The notes under the pieces are model-generated. The model did no database searches. It saw nothing but the letters and a program-made list of their open reading frames with translations, and was not told the origin of the DNA. From an uncultured Candidatus Saccharibacteria bacterium (GTDB lineage: Bacteria > Patescibacteriota > Minisyncoccia > Phycocordibacterales > PALSA-1337): a stretch of 64,000 nucleotides of DNA. The stretch's first letter is position 1. Every line of letters starts with the position of its first letter. Location: assembly GCA_964459225.1 (NCBI GenBank), contig CAYWKB010000002.1, positions 2,016 to 66,015 of the forward strand, given 5' to 3'. Positions 59,151 to 64,000 of the stretch are shown one piece after another. The position numbers were made by a program, and so were the translations under genes.

Positions 59151-60368
59151 ATGAAAATAATAGACACATTACATGAGACATATACTGCCCTTTCATCAAA
59201 TAAAGTCAGATCTGGACTTACTATGCTTGGTATTGTGATAGGTATTAGTTCAGTTATAGCACTGACTTCAATCGGTAATGGTGCTAAAGCAAGTATTGAA
59301 GGAAATATCGAAAAATTAGGTTCAAATTTATTAACAGTAGTGCCTGGAGTAGTTCAACCCGGTAGAGGTATTGTGTCATCTGGTCGTGGTGCAGCACAAA
59401 ATCTAAAACTTGAGGATGTTGAAGAAATAAAAAAAGTAGAAGGAGTAAGAGATGTCGCTCCAGAGCTTGATCGTAAATTTCAAATAGTTTCAAATACCGG
59501 TAACAATACTAATTCAACGGTTATAGGCACAATACCTGAATACCTTTCACTCAAAAACCTTTCATTACAAGACGGCTCATTTATATCTGAAACAAATAAT
59601 AGAAGTTTAAGTAGAGTTGCAATACTCGGCCCCACAGCAGCATCAGATTTGTTTGGTGAGGAAAGTCCAATAGATAAAACAGTTAGAATAAATGGTTCAA
59701 ATTTTAAAGTTATAGGAGTATTAAATCAAAAAGGTAGTGGTGGCTTTTTTAACCCTGATGATGCTGTATTTATCCCTCTTTCTGTAATGCAAAAAATACT
59801 TACGGGCGCAGACTATCTTTCAAGTATAACTGTTGGAGTGGATAGTAAAGACATAATGGATCAAGTAAAGGAAGGAATATTTGATATTGTTGCATTAAAA
59901 CATCGAGTTGATCCTGCAAATCCTGATTTTTCAATATTTTCACAAGCTGATATTTTAGGAGCATTAACTCAGATAACCGATACATTTACAATATTTCTAG
60001 CATCAGTTGCGGGTATTTCACTCGTTGTCGGTGGAATAGGTATTATGAATATGATGCTTACAACAGTTACTGAAAGAACAAGAGAAATAGGATTAAGAAA
60101 GGCAATTGGTGCAAAGCGTAAAGATATAAATATTCAATTTTTAATTGAAGCAGTTATGTTAACATTTACCGGAGGACTTGTAGGTGTAATACTTGGTTGG
60201 GCAATTTCATTTGTGATTTCAAGTTTAGGAATTATAGATACAAGTATAACTATGGGTTCAGTAATGTTAGCATTCGGTGTATCAGCATTTATTGGTATTG
60301 TATTTGGATATTATCCAGCAAGACGCGCATCTAGATTAAATCCAATTGAAGCGTTAAGATACGAATAA
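59151..60368 (+). CDS. ABC transporter permease (MacB/FtsX type)
   Basis: RSGLTMLGIVIG, GGIGIMNMML..V.ERTREIG, PARRASRLNPIEALRYE. Confidence 0.95.
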   Translation: MKIIDTLHETYTALSSNKVRSGLTMLGIVIGISSVIALTSIGNGAKASIEGNIEKLGSNLLTVVPGVVQPGRGIVSSGRGAAQNLKLEDVEEIKKVEGVRDVAPELDRKFQIVSNTGNNTNSTVIGTIPEYLSLKNLSLQDGSFISETNNRSLSRVAILGPTAASDLFGEESPIDKTVRINGSNFKVIGVLNQKGSGGFFNPDDAVFIPLSVMQKILTGADYLSSITVGVDSKDIMDQVKEGIFDIVALKHRVDPANPDFSIFSQADILGALTQITDTFTIFLASVAGISLVVGGIGIMNMMLTTVTERTREIGLRKAIGAKRKDINIQFLIEAVMLTFTGGLVGVILGWAISFVISSLGIIDTSITMGSVMLAFGVSAFIGIVFGYYPARRASRLNPIEALRYE

Positions 60369-60375
60369 TAAATAT

Positions 60376-61599
60376 ATGAAAAATAAAATCAAAGTTATAA
60401 TTGTCGGTGGTGGATTTGGTGGAGTTTATTCAGCTAAAAATCTCTTAAAATATTTTAATCATGATGAAATAGAAATTACATTAATAAATAAGGGTAACTT
60501 TTTCTTATTTACTCCCCTTTTACATGAAGTAGCAACCGGTGCCCTTACACCAGATAGTATTGTTGAGCCTATACGAGAGGTATTTAGAAATACTCCTATC
60601 AATTTCCTAGAAGATTCAGCTATTGAAATAGATAAAGATACAAAACAAGTAATCACAACAAAAGAAAAGTTAAAGTATGATTATTTAATAATTGCTTCAG
60701 GTGCAGTGACAAATTATATGAATGTACCAGGAGCAAATGAATTTACTTTTACACTCAAAAACCTTCAAGACGCAATAGCAATACGAAATCATATACTAAA
60801 TACTTGTGAAAATGCATATAAGACAAATAATAAAGATCTCTTAACCTTTTCAGTTATTGGTGCTGGCCCAACTGGTGTTGAACTTGCAACCGAATTAATC
60901 GAATATATTGAACATACAATATGCTCATACTATAAAAGTTCAGTATTAAAAAAAGAAGATATAAAAGTAAATTTAATTTCAGCAGGTGCAGATATAATTC
61001 CACAATTCCCTGTCGAAATGCGCCAAATAGCCTTAAAAGAAGTCTTGAGGAAAGGTATAAATGTATTAACAAATACAATTATAAACAAAGTCGAACCAGG
61101 ATTAATGTATACAAAAGACGGCAATACAATAAAATCAAATACAATAATCTGGGTGGCAGGAGTTAAACCAAATGCAAATGAAATTAAAGGTATAGTCGTG
61201 GGTGAAAAAGGCAGAATAAATACTAGTAAATACCTAATGAGTGATTTTGATGAAAGCATATTTGCACTTGGTGACTCATCTGGAAATCTACCAATGCTTG
61301 CACAAGTAGCAGTTGTACAAGCACAAGTAATTGCAGAAAATATATATAAATTAAGTAAAAATGCCGATCGAAGTAAATTAACTGAATTCAATTTCAAAGA
61401 AAAAGGATTGCTAATATCTCTTGGGCAATGGTATGCTCTTGGAAACTTTTATGGTGTTACATTTAGTGGAAAGATAATGTGGTGGGTATGGAGAACAGTA
61501 TATCTCATCAATTTCCTTTCATGGAGAAAGAGAGTTGAGATAGCAATCGAATGGACTATAGATTTATTTTATCCAAGAGATATTACAGTAATAAAATAA
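60376..61599 (+). CDS. ndh: Type II NADH dehydrogenase
   Basis: GGGFGG, FTPLLHEVA, GAGPTGVELA, IIWVAGV, ALGD, AQVA. Confidence 0.88.
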   Translation: MKNKIKVIIVGGGFGGVYSAKNLLKYFNHDEIEITLINKGNFFLFTPLLHEVATGALTPDSIVEPIREVFRNTPINFLEDSAIEIDKDTKQVITTKEKLKYDYLIIASGAVTNYMNVPGANEFTFTLKNLQDAIAIRNHILNTCENAYKTNNKDLLTFSVIGAGPTGVELATELIEYIEHTICSYYKSSVLKKEDIKVNLISAGADIIPQFPVEMRQIALKEVLRKGINVLTNTIINKVEPGLMYTKDGNTIKSNTIIWVAGVKPNANEIKGIVVGEKGRINTSKYLMSDFDESIFALGDSSGNLPMLAQVAVVQAQVIAENIYKLSKNADRSKLTEFNFKEKGLLISLGQWYALGNFYGVTFSGKIMWWVWRTVYLINFLSWRKRVEIAIEWTIDLFYPRDITVIK

Positions 61600-61626
61600 C
61601 TGTATTAAATAATAAAAGAAAAGAGA

Positions 61627-61656
61627 AAACGGGAGCCACAAGCGGGGCTCCCGTTT
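61627..61656. terminator. Intrinsic terminator, probably bidirectional
   Basis: AAACGGGAGCC/GGCTCCCGTTT stem with A-rich left flank. Confidence 0.8.
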
Positions 61657-61678
61657 AGTTGTCATGAGTATTTTGGTA

Positions 61679-61717
61679 CTACTGCAAGTGGTAAGCCCTG
61701 CAACACCTCAACTTCAT
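61679..61717 (-). CDS. Putative 12-aa micro-peptide MKLRCCRAYHLQ
   Basis: AAGGAGGAG upstream of ATG; TTTACA-N17-TATACT promoter; terminator downstream. Confidence 0.4.
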   Translation of the reverse strand: MKLRCCRAYHLQ

Positions 61718-61771
61718 AACTCCTCCTTAACTCTAAGTAGTATATAATACTTATGTTAAAATGTAAAGGGA

Positions 61772-62209
61772 TTAAAACATTGATCTTGTCATTGCCCTGT
61801 TTGTCCACCAATGTGTTAGTGAATACTTGCCCGCTCCTAAAGTTGTAACAGCGAGTGCTGCGAGTAGTAAAACAAGCACGTATTCATAGCCATTATTTTG
61901 TAAACTGTAACCCATTGGTAAATGAACCTTAACAATAGCGACTATCATAACAATTGAAATCAAAATTCCAGCATATCTAACCGCAATACCCAAAATCATA
62001 GCTATACCACCTAAAAACTCCACGAGAGAAACAATATAAGCAAATATTGGAACAAGTCCCATTTTGCCAAATCCTTCGATTACCATGTCTATATTGTTTA
62101 ATTTAAACCATCCTGCCATAACAAATGTTATACCAACAGCCAATCTTATAAGCAAAAGACCGATATCATGATTATGTAGGCTGTTTATGAGTGTATTTAT
62201 CTTATTCAT
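61772..62209 (-). CDS. DoxX-family membrane protein
   Basis: LLIRLAVG..F..AG..K, VEFLGG, GYEY, GAGKYSL. Confidence 0.92.
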   Translation of the reverse strand: MNKINTLINSLHNHDIGLLLIRLAVGITFVMAGWFKLNNIDMVIEGFGKMGLVPIFAYIVSLVEFLGGIAMILGIAVRYAGILISIVMIVAIVKVHLPMGYSLQNNGYEYVLVLLLAALAVTTLGAGKYSLTHWWTNRAMTRSMF

Positions 62210-62292
62210 ATTATTTTAATTACTTTTAATTCACATAGTATATCAGATTTTAGTGTTAATTATCAATTGTTTTTATAGTATAATATTAGCAA

Positions 62293-62559
62293 ATGGATTT
62301 ATTACAATTAATAAATACGATAAGTAGTCCTAGTGTTTTGTTTTTTATTTTCATTGCAACTATCTTTTTAGTCTATTGGATAATGACTTTTACTATTTTT
62401 TACCATCTTGTGAGATTTAGTGTTGGAACATTAGCAAGGAAAATCGCTATAGTCTTTTTCCTTGGATCTGTTATTTTATTTAGTATTAATTTTCTTTTTA
62501 TTGCATCAATGAATTACGAGACCCTTATTCAAAAGCTCGTTTATTTAATTAAAATATAA
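62293..62559 (+). CDS. Small membrane protein
   Basis: Two TM segments, YHLVRFS. Confidence 0.65.
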   Translation: MDLLQLINTISSPSVLFFIFIATIFLVYWIMTFTIFYHLVRFSVGTLARKIAIVFFLGSVILFSINFLFIASMNYETLIQKLVYLIKI

Positions 62560-62561
62560 TT

Positions 62562-63101
62562 ATGAAAATATTTTCTATTTTTAATGAGACACAAAACTCT
62601 TTTGAGGGAAAAGAAAATGATGAAGTGGTTTTGTTGCTTGTAAGACGGCATCCTTTTTATATCATTTTAAAATTTATTTCTATAATTATTTTGCTTATTG
62701 TGCCAATTATGGCTATGTATATCTTTTATGATTTTTTGCAATTAAATGATTTATTTGTCTTTTCTATTTTTATTTATACTTTTTGGTGTTTATTGTTATG
62801 GCAAGTATTATTTTATCAATTTACAATGTATGCACTTGATGTATGGATAGTTACAAATAAAAGAATTATAGATAGTACACAGCATGGATTTTTTAATCGT
62901 ACTGTTGCTGAATTACACCTTGCAAGAGTTCAAGATATTTCAGTAAATGTAACAGGTTTTTTCCAGACATTACTCAAATTTGGAGACTTAGAAATACAAA
63001 CCGCAGGAACAGAAAATAAATTTGATTTCCTACAAATACCCTATCCAAATGAGGTTAAAGATCAGATAATGAGTTATGCGGAGGATAAGATAAATAATTA
63101 G
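62562..63101 (+). CDS. Membrane protein with a bacterial PH domain
   Basis: RRHP, two TM, IVTNKRII, VQDIS..G..FGDLEIQTAG. Confidence 0.85.
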   Translation: MKIFSIFNETQNSFEGKENDEVVLLLVRRHPFYIILKFISIIILLIVPIMAMYIFYDFLQLNDLFVFSIFIYTFWCLLLWQVLFYQFTMYALDVWIVTNKRIIDSTQHGFFNRTVAELHLARVQDISVNVTGFFQTLLKFGDLEIQTAGTENKFDFLQIPYPNEVKDQIMSYAEDKINN

Positions 63102-63187
63102 TTTGATTGTTTGATTATAAGCTTGCTGCTTGTGGGGTAATAAGTTTGAATGATTTTATTAATTAAATAGTTCGAAATGTGTTACTA

Positions 63188-63216
63188 TTGACTTAATTAT
63201 CAAATAATGATACTAT
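63188..63216 (+). promoter_or_regulatory. Sigma70 promoter of a cassette gene
   Basis: TTGACT-N17-TACTAT with TG extension. Confidence 0.65.
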
Positions 63217-63268
63217 AGTATAGTAGGTTTTGAACTGATCTTTGAGTAAAAAATCATTGAAAATTAAT

Positions 63269-63658
63269 ATGATAGAAGAAAAGCATACCCATTTGAGCAG
63301 GTTGGAAAAAATGATTGCAGACTGGGCGGAACAAGAAAAACTCCTTAGTTTTGATGAAATACTTGAGGTTGAACTTCATATAAAGAAGGTACCTAAAGTT
63401 ACTGTTAAAATTGAAGGTTACCACGGTACTGTTCGGGATCCAGACACCATACTGGTCACTGAGATAGGATTTACCCCAAAGACAGAACGTTGTCTCGATT
63501 TAGCCTATCTTAAAACCATTGGGGATATTCGAAAGAAGTCTCTTGGTGAAATACTTAAGTATCGGAATTTTGGTAAAAGGTCTGCAAGAGAAATTGCTGA
63601 CAAACTCCAAAATCTTGGAATACCTCTAGATTGGGACTTTGACAAACACCCACTCTAA
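63269..63658 (+). CDS. Stand-alone RNA polymerase alpha-CTD domain protein
   Basis: EIGFTPKTERCL..LKTIGDI..EILKYRNFGKRSAREI..LGIPL matches the alpha-CTD pattern. Confidence 0.85.
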   Translation: MIEEKHTHLSRLEKMIADWAEQEKLLSFDEILEVELHIKKVPKVTVKIEGYHGTVRDPDTILVTEIGFTPKTERCLDLAYLKTIGDIRKKSLGEILKYRNFGKRSAREIADKLQNLGIPLDWDFDKHPL

Positions 63659-63685
63659 CAACTTTTGGGATTGAAATGGAATCTC

Positions 63686-63713
63686 AAAGAGCTCGACATA
63701 AGTCGGGCTTTTT
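63686..63713 (+). terminator. Intrinsic terminator
   Basis: AGAGCTCGAC-ATAA-GTCGGGCTTT followed by a T tract. Confidence 0.75.
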
Positions 63714-63726
63714 CTTTTAAAGTTTG

Positions 63727-63797
63727 CTGCCGGACTTGGAATCGAACCAAAATTTTCGCTTTCAGAGAGCGACGTACTACCATTATACGATCCGGCA
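63727..63797 (-). tRNA. tRNA-Gln (CTG)
   Basis: Reverse complement TGCCGGATCGTATAATGGTAGTACGTCGCTCTCTGAAAGCGAAAATTTTGGTTCGATTCCAAGTCCGGCAG; U1-A72 pair typical of Gln. Confidence 0.96.
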
Positions 63798-63840
63798 ATA
63801 CATACAAAATACCTTAAATTTACTCTTTTTTCAAGGTAAA

Positions 63841-64000
63841 TTATTTGCTACATTTATCTCCCCACAATCCCCTTTTTCCTTCCCTTGCCTCTTTTTCTAA
63901 ATTTTTAAATTCTGCTTGCTTAAGATAGGGCACTTTGTATGTATATTCATGCGCATATCCTTCCTTAATCAATTTTGAATTTAATAGACTATTGTCATCT
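63841..64000 (-). CDS. Thermonuclease (SNase) family protein, C-terminal part, truncated by the window edge
   Basis: Manual translation: LNSKLIKEGYAHEYTY..EKEAREGKRGLWG. Confidence 0.85.
   Translation of the reverse strand, partial: DDNSLLNSKLIKEGYAHEYTYKVPYLKQAEFKNLEKEAREGKRGLWGDKCSK

Noticed and set aside
834-61397. Many 60-180 aa ORFs antisense or out of frame within core genes (for example 834-1331, 23537-24085, 28177-28602, 55689-56174, 60930-61397)
   Set aside because: Shadow ORFs of well-supported genes, with Ser/Ile/Phe-rich antisense composition and no motifs.

Overview
AT-rich bacterial chromosome segment, genetic code 11. Gene content and style point to Patescibacteria/CPR, Parcubacteria-like (inference). 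Most of the window is minus-strand housekeeping DNA: mraZ-rsmH-ftsL-ftsI-murF, aspS, trpS, grpE/dnaK/dnaJ, the infA-rpmJ-rpsMKD-rpoA-rplQ-rplM-rpsI cluster, alaS, mnmA, mltG, leuS, uvrB, non-oxidative pentose phosphate genes and gap. A MacAB-like ABC exporter and NDH-2 lie on the plus strand, and there are two tRNAs (Glu-CTC, Gln-CTG). An accessory tract of about 10 kb (3.2-12.9 kb) holds small monocistronic orphan genes and pseudogenes, with terminators shared between unrelated genes, and abuts the 3' end of tRNA-Glu. Similar single-gene cassettes are wedged, usually counter-oriented, between core genes. The most striking signal is a 69-nt RNA gene between grpE and dnaK (25737-25805) with the hallmarks of the tmRNA tRNA-like domain (G3.U70, A73, GGUUUCGA D-loop, T-arm) but no mRNA-like tag domain. 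It is flanked by a separately promoted ~60-nt putative sRNA that is complementary to its mature 3' end, and by a divergent ORF ending in TRAPAIAL. Also notable: three ~100-nt branched hairpins just after stop codons, widespread leaderless-type promoters, a Nudix insert in LeuRS and a stand-alone RNAP alpha-CTD protein. All calls come from reading the sequence; no database searches were run.
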